From positions 11,067 through 75,066 of IMG/VR virus record IMGVR_UViG_3300042888_001115: a stretch of 64,000 bases of DNA; one strand, written 5' to 3'. The stretch comes from a virus (lineage: Duplodnaviria; Heunggongvirae; Uroviricota; Caudoviricetes). The notes beneath the pieces were generated by a model. That model was not told the origin of the DNA, ran no database searches, and saw nothing but the letters and a program-made list of their open reading frames with translations. Positions within the stretch are counted from its first letter, which is position 1; each line of letters begins with the position of its first letter. Positions 27,671 to 36,660 of this stretch are shown here, piece by piece. The position numbers and the translations under genes are program-made.

Positions 27671-27957
27671 ATCAATCCGTTTATACACCTAACTACATAT
27701 CGCATATTTTTTAGTTGGTCTTTTGTTATTGCCATATACTCCGTACCATATGTTAGTATGAACAATCCAATAGGTGTAGGTTTGCGGCTTATAGTACAAT
27801 ATATAAAATAGTTATAACCACGATTATTTATACTGATATGATAATGATTGAGTGAACTTCTAATTTTATTTATAGACCAACCATTCCCTACATCTGATAA
27901 TACAATGTTCTCACTATTTTTTATCGTTATCCGATTTTGTTTCAATGTTGGCTGCAT
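27664..27957 (-). CDS. MLTIxN-family-like small protein
   Basis: RITIKNSENIV after an 8-aa extension; 44-nt overlap with the upstream gene, so the start is uncertain. Confidence 0.4.
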   Translation of the reverse strand: MQPTLKQNRITIKNSENIVLSDVGNGWSINKIRSSLNHYHISINNRGYNYFIYCTISRKPTPIGLFILTYGTEYMAITKDQLKNMRYVVRCINGLIC

Positions 27958-28201
27958 TTAAAAGTTCAGTTAGTAATTTATTACCATTAACATCTTTTTT
28001 CTTACTAAGATTAGTATTAATTTCTGATAAAATTTCTACACCCTTTGTGCTATCATGTTCTTTGATACCCGCTAACTTTTGTAAATGTTCTACAACTTCC
28101 GGTTCAGGTGCATACACTTTTGGATTCAATAAACGTTTTTGTTCTTGCTTTGCACCTACTAACCAACCGATAATAAATGCCATAATTAATAATACTATCA
28201 T
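27914..28201 (-). CDS. small N-terminal-TM protein
   Basis: MIVLLIMAFIIGWLVG anchor. Confidence 0.4.
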   Translation of the reverse strand: MIVLLIMAFIIGWLVGAKQEQKRLLNPKVYAPEPEVVEHLQKLAGIKEHDSTKGVEILSEINTNLSKKKDVNGNKLLTELLNAANIETKSDNDKK

Positions 28202-28204
28202 AAT

Positions 28205-28510
28205 TTATTTCTTTTTATGTTTTTCTTTTAATGTTGTTATAATCACATTACGAACTTCTGCTTCAAATTCCTTACTATGTTCTCTCGCATAATCCGTTTG
28301 TGTTTTTGGTTTACTACCAATTGAGCCCATTGTGTCATCATTTAGTGAACTAGTTTTATACGGGTAAACTGCTCCTGTAATTTCCATATCAAAATACCCA
28401 CCATCTTTTTTAATTTGATTGGTTAATTGTTTTGTACCTTGTTTTATTCCTACCATAAATGCAACACACCATACAATAATCAATACAATTAGTGTTATTA
28501 TAATTTCCAT
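28205..28510 (-). CDS. small N-terminal-TM protein
   Basis: MEIIITLIVLIIVWCVAFMVG anchor. Confidence 0.4.
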   Translation of the reverse strand: MEIIITLIVLIIVWCVAFMVGIKQGTKQLTNQIKKDGGYFDMEITGAVYPYKTSSLNDDTMGSIGSKPKTQTDYAREHSKEFEAEVRNVIITTLKEKHKKK

Positions 28511-28851
28511 AACTTAGTTTTTTTCTTTTTTGGTTTAACAAATAAATTTATACCAATACCATGTTCATCACCCGATACTAAATCGTATGAACTATAAAGA
28601 TATATTTTTTTATTCTTTTTATCAATGATTGCCCTATCAATATAAATCATTTGATATTGTTCATTCGTTTCCTTTTCAATTCTATTTTTCCAATGTTCTC
28701 TTTGCCATTCAACCAAATCTCTAAATTGATTGTAATGTATTGTGTCTCTATTTGGATACTGTGCATTTACTAAGCATACCCACAATAACGATACTAATAA
28801 AATTGCTATTACTTTTTTCATATTACTTTGTTTTACTTTTTTTGTTCTCAC
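28498..28851 (-). CDS. small secreted protein
   Basis: Signal peptide KKVIAILLVSLLWVCLVNAQ. Confidence 0.4.
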   Translation of the reverse strand: MRTKKVKQSNMKKVIAILLVSLLWVCLVNAQYPNRDTIHYNQFRDLVEWQREHWKNRIEKETNEQYQMIYIDRAIIDKKNKKIYLYSSYDLVSGDEHGIGINLFVKPKKKKTKLWKL

Positions 28852-28932
28852 TTATTTTTTCATCTAATATTGTTATGCCAAATATAAGAATTGTCATTCC
28901 GCAAAATACAATCATTGAGTAATCCATATCAT

Positions 28933-29253
28933 TTAGTTTTTATGTGCTATACCTTTTTTATTAAATAAGTCATCGTAGCTACCACTTTCGTTTTCAATAA
29001 CTTCATCTTGTTCTAGTGAACCCATAACCCTTACTGCTTCTACAAATCCTTCGGTGAATATTAACTTTTCATTTTCATCGCTACCACTATAAAATTGTGC
29101 AGCAAATCCAGTTAATGTTTCTAAGTTTTCGATTTGTTCTTTTAACTTATCCACACGTACTTGCTTAGACCATTTACCCATATTGTTTACTGATTCATAG
29201 TATTTCCAATATTCTAATTCCTCTTTTAGTTTTTTTAATGCTTTTGTTTCCAT
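28933..29253 (-). CDS. hypothetical protein
   Basis: 106-aa ORF. Confidence 0.45.
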   Translation of the reverse strand: METKALKKLKEELEYWKYYESVNNMGKWSKQVRVDKLKEQIENLETLTGFAAQFYSGSDENEKLIFTEGFVEAVRVMGSLEQDEVIENESGSYDDLFNKKGIAHKN

Positions 29254-29269
29254 TGTATTTTTATTAATG

Positions 29270-29911
29270 TTAAAAAGGATTTGATGGTGTATGTAATTTT
29301 AATTCATCAATTTGTCTTTGTAACTCTTTTATTGTATCTACTATTGAACCATGTGTATATGTTGTATTACCATTAGTGTAAACAATATTAGTTCCATTTG
29401 TAGTTATACCGGGTGAATGAACACCATGTGTTGGTGCTGATGTTAATTGTCTACTTAACATTTCATCAATTATTTCCTCATACCTTACTCTAAATAAAGC
29501 AATAGTTCTAATATCAACTAATTCTATTTTGTGTTTTATATTCAAGCCGTTGCCATCCAATAATTTAAGTATGTGTTCACCATACGCAGGTGTTATGCCC
29601 CCACACCCCAATAATAATTCTAAATGCCATTTTGGTTTTTGTGGTAAGTTTAAATTTAATACATCTGCATAATAACATTCACCTGTTGCATTATGTATTG
29701 GATTAACTATCGTATAACCTTTGTATGTAAACCCACTAGTCTTATCCCAATTCTTAATTTTCATAGGTTTCTTTAATTTACTTTTATTTGTTGGTACATC
29801 TTTGCCACCCCATACTCCTAATAAACAACTGATATGGTCATAATTAACTAAGTAATCATAATCCGTATTAGATGTATCATTGCCACATATACTACATACC
29901 CATTGATTCAT
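29270..29911 (-). CDS. hypothetical protein with N-terminal CxxC
   Basis: 213-aa ORF, VCSICGND. Confidence 0.45.
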   Translation of the reverse strand: MNQWVCSICGNDTSNTDYDYLVNYDHISCLLGVWGGKDVPTNKSKLKKPMKIKNWDKTSGFTYKGYTIVNPIHNATGECYYADVLNLNLPQKPKWHLELLLGCGGITPAYGEHILKLLDGNGLNIKHKIELVDIRTIALFRVRYEEIIDEMLSRQLTSAPTHGVHSPGITTNGTNIVYTNGNTTYTHGSIVDTIKELQRQIDELKLHTPSNPF

Positions 29912-30122
29912 TTCGTTTTGTTTTATACAAAGATACTAAATGAATTATCAATATTGTACTATTCACCACTATAACCGGATTATCATTTCGTATAATTCCG
30001 TATGACATCCATAATACGCAACCAATTGAGTTTAATATTCTCAATAGTTTCATATTTTTAGATGTCATTGATATTAATGTAATGATTGTAGCTACATATC
30101 CTAATAATTCTATTACTTTCAT
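29892..30122 (-). CDS. small three-TM membrane protein (start trimmed to MKVIELL)
   Basis: The track's N-terminal FFRIFKYM is the promoter motif; ATG lies 5 nt after the motif, so the mRNA is probably leaderless. Confidence 0.4.
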   Translation of the reverse strand: MKVIELLGYVATIITLISMTSKNMKLLRILNSIGCVLWMSYGIIRNDNPVIVVNSTILIIHLVSLYKTKRNESMGM

Positions 30123-30127
30123 ATACT

Positions 30128-30140
30128 TAAAGATACGAAA
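30128..30140 (-). promoter_or_regulatory. promoter -7-like motif TTTTCGTATCTTTAAGTATATG
   Basis: Immediately upstream of the ATG. Confidence 0.4.
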
Positions 30141-30160
30141 AAATACCCATTTTACCAAAG

Positions 30161-30183
30161 AAAAAAGGTACTTTTTATGTACC
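30161..30183 (-). terminator. intrinsic terminator
   Basis: Gene-sense GGTACATAAAAAGTACC hairpin + TTTTTT after the SGNH gene stop. Confidence 0.45.
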
Positions 30184-30218
30184 CCTTGCTCCTATTGACT
30201 TCTATGGTATGCCACATA

Positions 30219-31046
30219 TTATAAAATATCGTAATGTGTATTGATATATTGGTATAAAAACTCAGCAAACTTTATGTTGCCGAAATAACCAGGATGTAAA
30301 TCGTTTAATATATCAGCTCCTAATTCATCCTTTATGGTATATCCTTTTTTCATTATCCAATTATGAAAATCAGTATATCCTTCTATATTCAATTCATTTG
30401 ATAATAGTGATTTATCCAAAACTCCTTTTAGTTTTTGTCCACCTTCAAAATATATAAATTTAATTTTATGGTATTTTAAAAATGTCAATAACATCTCTGC
30501 TTCTCTATTCATTTTAGCAACTTCAATATCATATTCAATAAAGTTATCTAAATATTTTTCTAATGCACCATCTTTATTTGCATTTTCAAAATCATTATGA
30601 CATCCATCCATATAATATCCACGTGTTGCGTATATGTGGTCTCTTACCCCATTCTCATTAATCATATGATTTACTATTACCCAACTATTTAAATTTGTTG
30701 AATACATATCTAATCTATGAAAATATGCTGGTAATTCTAATAACAATAGTAACTTATCTTTTTTATCCCAATTTCGTTTTACAAAATCAAAAGCTTCTCT
30801 AACTGCTCTACCAGTTCCGCCACCACTCGCTGCTTTGTTTTCTACCTTACATCCCAACATATCTGCCAATCTACTAGCATATGTAACTTCTAATGTGTTA
30901 TCCCACCATACATTATATTTTTCTTTATAAACATCACGTACTAATGTTACCTTATCATCTGCATATTTAATAGTTTCTAATCCGCCACCCGCACTATGTG
31001 AACATCCGGTTGCAAATACTATTTCTATGTTATGTTTATTTGTCAT
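30219..31046 (-). CDS. SGNH/GDSL-fold hydrolase paralogue (2 of 5)
   Basis: ATGCSHSAGGG, ASGGGTGR, LNDLHPGYFGN. Confidence 0.5.
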   Translation of the reverse strand: MTNKHNIEIVFATGCSHSAGGGLETIKYADDKVTLVRDVYKEKYNVWWDNTLEVTYASRLADMLGCKVENKAASGGGTGRAVREAFDFVKRNWDKKDKLLLLLELPAYFHRLDMYSTNLNSWVIVNHMINENGVRDHIYATRGYYMDGCHNDFENANKDGALEKYLDNFIEYDIEVAKMNREAEMLLTFLKYHKIKFIYFEGGQKLKGVLDKSLLSNELNIEGYTDFHNWIMKKGYTIKDELGADILNDLHPGYFGNIKFAEFLYQYINTHYDIL

Positions 31047-31255
31047 ATGAATTTTTTACACCTTTCGATTGATTCGTTTTCTGCTCTTGCTTTTGCTCTA
31101 TACATTATTCTAACAATAGCACCTAATTGTTCATCGGTTAAATCATCATCTAATATTATTTCTTTACGAATTAATAATGTTTCTTTAGCTTCCTCTGCCC
31201 ATGCTATTATTTCTTTTGCGTAATGTTTTTCCATATTAATTAAACCATTTATCAA
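31043..31255 (-). CDS. hypothetical protein
   Basis: 70-aa ORF. Confidence 0.4.
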   Translation of the reverse strand: MINGLINMEKHYAKEIIAWAEEAKETLLIRKEIILDDDLTDEQLGAIVRIMYRAKARAENESIERCKKFI

Positions 31256-31451
31256 ATTCAGTTGGCTCTGGTCTGTCTACTTTATTTGTGGGTGTTTTCT
31301 TTTTAGGTGTTTGTTTCTTTACAATAGTGGGATTTAATTCTGCTTTTAATTGAATTTTCTCTCTCATTGTTAAATCGGTCATTCTATGATATTGTTTTAA
31401 ATCCAATGCCGAGTCAACTATGTAATATCCATCCTTATCTTGCTTCAACAT
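31236..31451 (-). CDS. hypothetical protein
   Basis: 71-aa ORF. Confidence 0.4.
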   Translation of the reverse strand: MLKQDKDGYYIVDSALDLKQYHRMTDLTMREKIQLKAELNPTIVKKQTPKKKTPTNKVDRPEPTEFDKWFN

Positions 31452-31716
31452 TGCTTTCAGTTTTAATCATTTGTTTATGTATTCTCGCTGCTACTTCATA
31501 CCATTCATTTGTTACACATACTTCTAACATATCGGGTAACATGCTTTCATCAAACTCTAATTCGTTTTGCTCATCAGTATTTTTTTCGTATAACTCAATA
31601 AGTTCATCCATCACACCTTCCATAAACTCACTATCCTTTAATGTGTTTATAAGTTGCTGCATAAATAACTTTCTTATCTCACCATCTCCTTTGTGCTTAT
31701 CACGTCTGCTTTTCAT
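31435..31716 (-). CDS. hypothetical protein
   Basis: 93-aa ORF. Confidence 0.4.
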   Translation of the reverse strand: MKSRRDKHKGDGEIRKLFMQQLINTLKDSEFMEGVMDELIELYEKNTDEQNELEFDESMLPDMLEVCVTNEWYEVAARIHKQMIKTESNVEAR

Positions 31717-31717
31717 A

Positions 31718-32272
31718 TTAGTTATTGGTTGTATCGGTTAAAGGAACTATTGATTGTCTATTTGCATCACCATCACTTATAACTCTGATTGAATTGATTT
31801 CAGCTAAATCCGTTAAAGTGACCTTTTCTATATTAATACCCCACTCTTTAACTTTAGCACCAATTGTTTTTGTTAGTTCAACTTCAATATCAACCAGGTC
31901 TTCCCAATTCCTTTCCTCAATAATTTCTCTAATCATTGCACCGGTTGTATCTACTAATACATCAGTTGGGTGTGCTAACTTAGTTAAGAATAAATATGCA
32001 TCTTCAATATCATATCTAACAATTGCTCTTACTACTATGTTTCTATAATCTAATGATGTGATTGATTGTGGATGTAAATGTATTGATTGTGTTACAACGG
32101 TTTGATGCCATATTGAATCTACAAATGGTATTTTCCAATGTAGACCTGGATCTTTTATATCATTAAACTTACCAAATCTTAACACCAATGCTTTTTCCCA
32201 CATATCCACTACAAATACGGGCATTATTGAATGTCCAAATTGTTGTATTACTGCTATTAATTTATCAAACAT
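31718..32272 (-). CDS. SPFH/band-7 (stomatin/prohibitin-like) domain protein
   Basis: EKALVLRFGKFNDIKDPGLHWKIPFVDSI matches the SPFH N-terminal block. Confidence 0.55.
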   Translation of the reverse strand: MFDKLIAVIQQFGHSIMPVFVVDMWEKALVLRFGKFNDIKDPGLHWKIPFVDSIWHQTVVTQSIHLHPQSITSLDYRNIVVRAIVRYDIEDAYLFLTKLAHPTDVLVDTTGAMIREIIEERNWEDLVDIEVELTKTIGAKVKEWGINIEKVTLTDLAEINSIRVISDGDANRQSIVPLTDTTNN

Positions 32273-32286
32273 ATTCTTATTTTATA

Positions 32287-32297
32287 TAAAGATACGA
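32287..32297 (-). promoter_or_regulatory. promoter -7-like motif TTATCGTATCTTTATATAAA
   Basis: 20 nt upstream of the SPFH ATG. Confidence 0.4.
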
Positions 32298-32390
32298 TAA
32301 ATTTATGAGAATACCAAATCCTATTGAGATTTTCTATTCTTAGCTTTTACATCAATAGTGCCTTTGGTATTAGTTTTACCAACTGAATTA

Positions 32391-32660
32391 TTAGCTACTA
32401 CCTTGTTCTGCTTCTTCTTGTCCGACTTCATTATGTTCTGCAATAGGATGTCCTTTTGACTCATTGATTTGCTCATATTCTAAATCTTGTATTGTTTCTA
32501 AAAATATATAATCGTTGGATGTTTTAGGTCTTACTATGTAATCTGCTCCATAATATTCTTTTGCCAATTCCAAATCGTTTATTCGTTCACCATTGATTGT
32601 TTTTTTAACGATATATAATTTATCATTAAACCGCATCAATTGTCTATTGAATTGAAACAT
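32391..32660 (-). CDS. hypothetical protein
   Basis: 89-aa ORF. Confidence 0.4.
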   Translation of the reverse strand: MFQFNRQLMRFNDKLYIVKKTINGERINDLELAKEYYGADYIVRPKTSNDYIFLETIQDLEYEQINESKGHPIAEHNEVGQEEAEQGSS

Positions 32661-32661
32661 A

Positions 32662-32865
32662 TTATTTAGATTTTGTTTCTTTTGCTTTTTGCTCTGCTAA
32701 ATAATCACCTAATACTTTACTACCTCTCTTAGTAGTCATTAATTCTTTTTGTGAAACTCTTATACCATTACGATATACTCTTAATTCTAGCTCCTCACCA
32801 TTTTTTAACATAAAGAAATGATATTCAGGCTTAAAGAATTGCTTTATTTTTCTAAATATATTCAT
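32662..32865 (-). CDS. hypothetical protein
   Basis: 67-aa ORF. Confidence 0.4.
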   Translation of the reverse strand: MNIFRKIKQFFKPEYHFFMLKNGEELELRVYRNGIRVSQKELMTTKRGSKVLGDYLAEQKAKETKSK

Positions 32866-32900
32866 AGTTTAAATATACAATAAGTTATCCATTATACCAA

Positions 32901-32932
32901 ACAAAAATAGGGGTATTTTTTAATTACCCCTA
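32901..32932 (-). terminator. intrinsic terminator
   Basis: Perfect 9-bp palindrome ATAGGGGTA-N9-TACCCCTAT followed in gene-sense by TTTTTGTTTGG. Confidence 0.5.
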
Positions 32933-32956
32933 TTATTTAATATAAAATATATAATA

Positions 32957-33292
32957 TTATTCTGCTACTTCTTCTGTAATTTCCACAACTGGTCCAACAC
33001 CTGTCTCATGTACATCTTCAGGTGCAATACCATTCACATCTTTATCCCAAACAAAACAATATCCAGGGTTTGCTACTGATGCTGCTGATGCTTTTACTTT
33101 ATCATTTGGAGTGATAACTAAGTATCTGTCGGTTTCAAACTCATCCATACTTAACACATCTGCTGTGAATATAGTACCATCTTCATTTACTAATGTAACA
33201 CCAACTTGTCCAGCTTGAAATAATGCTTCGTTTGCATCTGATAATTCTCTGAATCCAGCGTATTTAACTTCTCTTGTTATTAATTCTGACAT
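32957..33292 (-). CDS. hypothetical protein with atypical (less N/K/I-rich) composition
   Basis: 111-aa ORF, Ala/Val/Glu-rich unlike its neighbours; possibly highly expressed or foreign. Confidence 0.45.
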   Translation of the reverse strand: MSELITREVKYAGFRELSDANEALFQAGQVGVTLVNEDGTIFTADVLSMDEFETDRYLVITPNDKVKASAASVANPGYCFVWDKDVNGIAPEDVHETGVGPVVEITEEVAE

Positions 33293-33295
33293 TTT

Positions 33296-34090
33296 TTAAT
33301 CTCCGTTTTCTTTTATATAAGTATTATGATTTATGTAATTAAGTATGTTTTTGGCTATAAATTTATGTCCAATTTCTCCAAAATGTGAATCTTTTACTAT
33401 CTTAGTAGTTTCAAATTCAATAATTAAATCAGTATTCCAATCTATATGATTACTACATTCATATGCTGTTTCTACAATACCTCTATCACATTCAAATTTA
33501 ATTAAATTAGGAAAATCTAATATAGTTGTATTTTCTTTTATACACTGCTCTATATTTGGATAACTCCATAAAAATACATTCTTAGTTATATTACTTTTAA
33601 TGTAATTTAATAGTGATAATATCATTACAACTGAATTTATTGATATCCAATCTTCAAAATCTAAGTGTGCCATATAAAATTGGCGGTATTTATCATTATC
33701 ATATTTTAAACCACCACCTGCTTGAAATGCAGTAGTTTCCCATTTTCCGTCATCATTTTTATATGGAACTTCGAATCTATGATAATGTGTTAATTGAAAT
33801 AATATAACATCATTTTCTTTTATGTTCGGTAAATCTTTTAATAACTTTTTAAATTGTTGAGAATTACTATCACCACCTTCGGCTCTTAATATCCAATCCA
33901 ATTTCAATTCATCTGCTATTATTTCAAAAAATGGTATTCCCTTTCTACCCAACCATTTGGTATATTCGGTTTCCATAAAATTAATGTCATCTTTTATTCT
34001 TGGTAATCCTGGATCTTCAAAATGTGAATAACCTAATAGATTGCCGGCACTATGTGAACATCCATATATGTATAACTTATCCATTTTCAA
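33296..34090 (-). CDS. SGNH/GDSL-fold hydrolase paralogue (3 of 5)
   Basis: IYGCSHSAGN, EGGDSN, KDSHFGEIGHK. Confidence 0.5.
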   Translation of the reverse strand: MKMDKLYIYGCSHSAGNLLGYSHFEDPGLPRIKDDINFMETEYTKWLGRKGIPFFEIIADELKLDWILRAEGGDSNSQQFKKLLKDLPNIKENDVILFQLTHYHRFEVPYKNDDGKWETTAFQAGGGLKYDNDKYRQFYMAHLDFEDWISINSVVMILSLLNYIKSNITKNVFLWSYPNIEQCIKENTTILDFPNLIKFECDRGIVETAYECSNHIDWNTDLIIEFETTKIVKDSHFGEIGHKFIAKNILNYINHNTYIKENGD

Positions 34091-34802
34091 AATGTTTTAT
34101 TATATAATCTGCCCAAAGTTTATGACCAGGTTCACCAAAGTGTCCATCTGGAATGGTATTGTTTGTTTCTTGTGCTAATGCCATTTTATTATCATACATA
34201 AAAGAACTAAATTTAGTGTATTTATCTGGCATTAAAAATATATTTGCATCATCTACTTCTATTAAATCGTTATCATGTGTCCATACACACACATTATCAC
34301 ATACTGAATTTAATAAATACTTTATTGCTTTAATTTCTCGAATTAATCTATCTTTGAATACTTTATTATTTCTATTTAGTATCACTCCTAATAATCCACT
34401 TTTGCTTAATCCATACATTTCAAATACATCATCCGGTGTTGTTGATATGCTACCTATATTAGTTGGTTGTAATACGTCATTTATTAGTATATCAAATCTT
34501 TCAAAGTAAGATATTCCAATTATAATATAATCATTTTTATTTATATCTTTTATATGTGCAAATACACTATCAAATATCATTTCATTTGATGCACCACCTC
34601 TAGCCGTATTAACTAATTCTAAATTGAAATGGTTAGACACATAATCAGGATAGATTAGAATTTCTTCTCCATCCTGTTTATTTAAATATTTTCTATATGA
34701 AAGTGTGGTCGGTGAATATGGGTTTTCTTTAGGTGAACGAATACACCCATCACCTGCGGTAAAAGAATCACCGAAACACCATAATTTATTTTGTGTAACC
34801 AT
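34077..34802 (-). CDS. SGNH/GDSL-fold hydrolase paralogue (4 of 5)
   Basis: WCFGDSFTAGDG (GDS block), ARGGASN, IPDGHFGEPGHK. Confidence 0.55.
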   Translation of the reverse strand: MVTQNKLWCFGDSFTAGDGCIRSPKENPYSPTTLSYRKYLNKQDGEEILIYPDYVSNHFNLELVNTARGGASNEMIFDSVFAHIKDINKNDYIIIGISYFERFDILINDVLQPTNIGSISTTPDDVFEMYGLSKSGLLGVILNRNNKVFKDRLIREIKAIKYLLNSVCDNVCVWTHDNDLIEVDDANIFLMPDKYTKFSSFMYDNKMALAQETNNTIPDGHFGEPGHKLWADYIIKHFENG

Positions 34803-34819
34803 TATTTAGTATTAATATA

Positions 34820-35086
34820 CTACCATTCAATCAACTTAGCAATAGGCCATGCTGGATTTGAAATACTTACTAAATGTGCTTCTTCTACTAATCTTTCTTT
34901 TAATTCATCATCTTCGATGTCTAAAAAATTAACATGTTCGTATTTCACTAATTCGTCTTCAGCAATTGTTATTGTTGAAAATGTATTATCTTTATTTAAT
35001 ACAATAAGTCCAAATAATTTTGCTTCTACTAATTCTACATTTCCAGCGTGCTCTAAAAATGGTTCAAATGCTTCTAAATTTATCAT
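34820..35086 (-). CDS. hypothetical acidic protein (start trimmed to MINLEAF)
   Basis: The track extension reads through low-complexity sequence. Confidence 0.4.
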   Translation of the reverse strand: MINLEAFEPFLEHAGNVELVEAKLFGLIVLNKDNTFSTITIAEDELVKYEHVNFLDIEDDELKERLVEEAHLVSISNPAWPIAKLIEW

Positions 35087-35121
35087 TTTGTTTTGTTTTA
35101 TATAAATATATGTTTTTATTA

Positions 35122-35853
35122 TTACAATGTAACTACACCACGTTTTTGTACAACTTTTGTTGCACAATCATTTGCGTATTCAATACTAACTTCTATACTT
35201 TTTGTTTTTAAATAACTAATTACTAATGAAGCCATAAAGGTATCACCTGCACCACTCAAATCTCTAACCTCAATATCGTTGTTAACCGGATATGTAATAC
35301 CATCATACATTGCACCTCGTTCACTCATTGTTATAATTAATCTTTCTCGCCACATTTCGTATTCCTGTCCTTTACAATTTTCCCACTCAACTTCATTTAT
35401 CTTAATGAATGTATAATTACGCATTTCTGCTGATAATGGTTTCTTTGTATCTATAAAAGTTAATGGATGTGAATCACTAATCAATTTCAAATCTGATAAT
35501 GATAGAAATCCTTTGTCATAATCACTTACAATAACTGCATCATAATCATTGAATGGAACTCTTTTAACATCAAATGAATTGCTAACCTTATCATTACTGT
35601 CAATTCTGATAATCATATGATTTGCTTTTTCCTCTACATATCTAGTCTTTGTAATTTGTTCTTTGTTAGTAACCAACTCAACTTTCTCAGCTCCCAACGA
35701 TTTAAGATTAGCTACTACATTACCACTCATACCCATATTGGTAATTGTTCTACTCGGTTCAAATATTGGCACAGGTCCTTCGGGACATAATCTTTTACAA
35801 TAACCATATACAAATACATCAGTACAACTATCACCGATAACTAAAACTTTCAT
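35122..35853 (-). CDS. pfkB-family sugar kinase, HldE/RfaE domain-I-like (heptose-7-phosphate kinase-like)
   Basis: MKVLVIGDSCTDVFVYG, PEGPVPI, GGNVVANL, YDAVIVSDYDKG, DLSGAGDTFMASL; collinear with the HldE kinase domain. Confidence 0.6.
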   Translation of the reverse strand: MKVLVIGDSCTDVFVYGYCKRLCPEGPVPIFEPSRTITNMGMSGNVVANLKSLGAEKVELVTNKEQITKTRYVEEKANHMIIRIDSNDKVSNSFDVKRVPFNDYDAVIVSDYDKGFLSLSDLKLISDSHPLTFIDTKKPLSAEMRNYTFIKINEVEWENCKGQEYEMWRERLIITMSERGAMYDGITYPVNNDIEVRDLSGAGDTFMASLVISYLKTKSIEVSIEYANDCATKVVQKRGVVTL

Positions 35854-36515
35854 AATAACGATTTCCTATAAGTATTAATATATTCAAAAAAATGATTAGC
35901 CATTCGTTGATGTCCTAACTCATTAAAATGTTTATCAATATTACCATTCGGTTCTATAATATGTTGTTCCTCTAATTGGTCTTGCCACTTTGTATAAAAC
36001 GAATAGTTTGTAAATTCGTTTGTTGAATTGGGTGCCGGAATAAAGTTTATAATTTCTTTATATTTTTTAAAATCTGAATGGGTTTGTCCTTCCGCACTCC
36101 AATAGTAAATTGGTATTTTATTTTTAATGCACCAATCATTTACCTGTTTCTTAAACCATTTGTAATTAACATTTCGCATTTCTATTAAATTATCTGCAAA
36201 TGTTCCATGATGTTTTATAAAGTATGCCTCCAAATCTATTAATTGTGCTTTTGTTGGATAAATATTATACCTATCAAAAAATGTAAATTCAAATACAACC
36301 TTATCACCTGGTTGAATTTCATCTCGCCTATCTATGAATTGCAATATAGATACCCAATTACATTGTCCAGGATGTGCACTATTTACTAATTCTAAATCTA
36401 ATTTATCCGCTAATACATACGGCCAACTAATTCTTAATTTATCTTCATCCAGTGGGTCAACTAAATTCATTCCAGTTGAAAATGAACATCCAAATACCCA
36501 AAGTTTATTTTTCAT
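35850..36515 (-). CDS. SGNH/GDSL-fold hydrolase paralogue (5 of 5; start trimmed to MKNKLWVF)
   Basis: LWVFGCSFSTG, AHPGQCN, DKHFNELGHQ. Confidence 0.5.
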   Translation of the reverse strand: MKNKLWVFGCSFSTGMNLVDPLDEDKLRISWPYVLADKLDLELVNSAHPGQCNWVSILQFIDRRDEIQPGDKVVFEFTFFDRYNIYPTKAQLIDLEAYFIKHHGTFADNLIEMRNVNYKWFKKQVNDWCIKNKIPIYYWSAEGQTHSDFKKYKEIINFIPAPNSTNEFTNYSFYTKWQDQLEEQHIIEPNGNIDKHFNELGHQRMANHFFEYINTYRKSLL

Positions 36516-36519
36516 TATC

Positions 36520-36657
36520 ATTCCAATTTAAAAAATCTTCACCTTTGTAATCGGGATGATTTTCTTTCATATAGTCAATACCTCTTACCCAAAAAAATGA
36601 AACGATTGCAGCCATTATAAAGCTGCAACCGATTCCTATTACATAACTCATTATCAT
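36520..36657 (-). CDS. small TM peptide (MIMSYVIGIGCSFIMAAIVSFFWVRGIDYMKENHPDYKGEDFLNWNDNEK)
   Basis: About 45-aa ORF not in the track; its stop overlaps the downstream ATG. Confidence 0.3.
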
Positions 36658-36660
36658 ATA

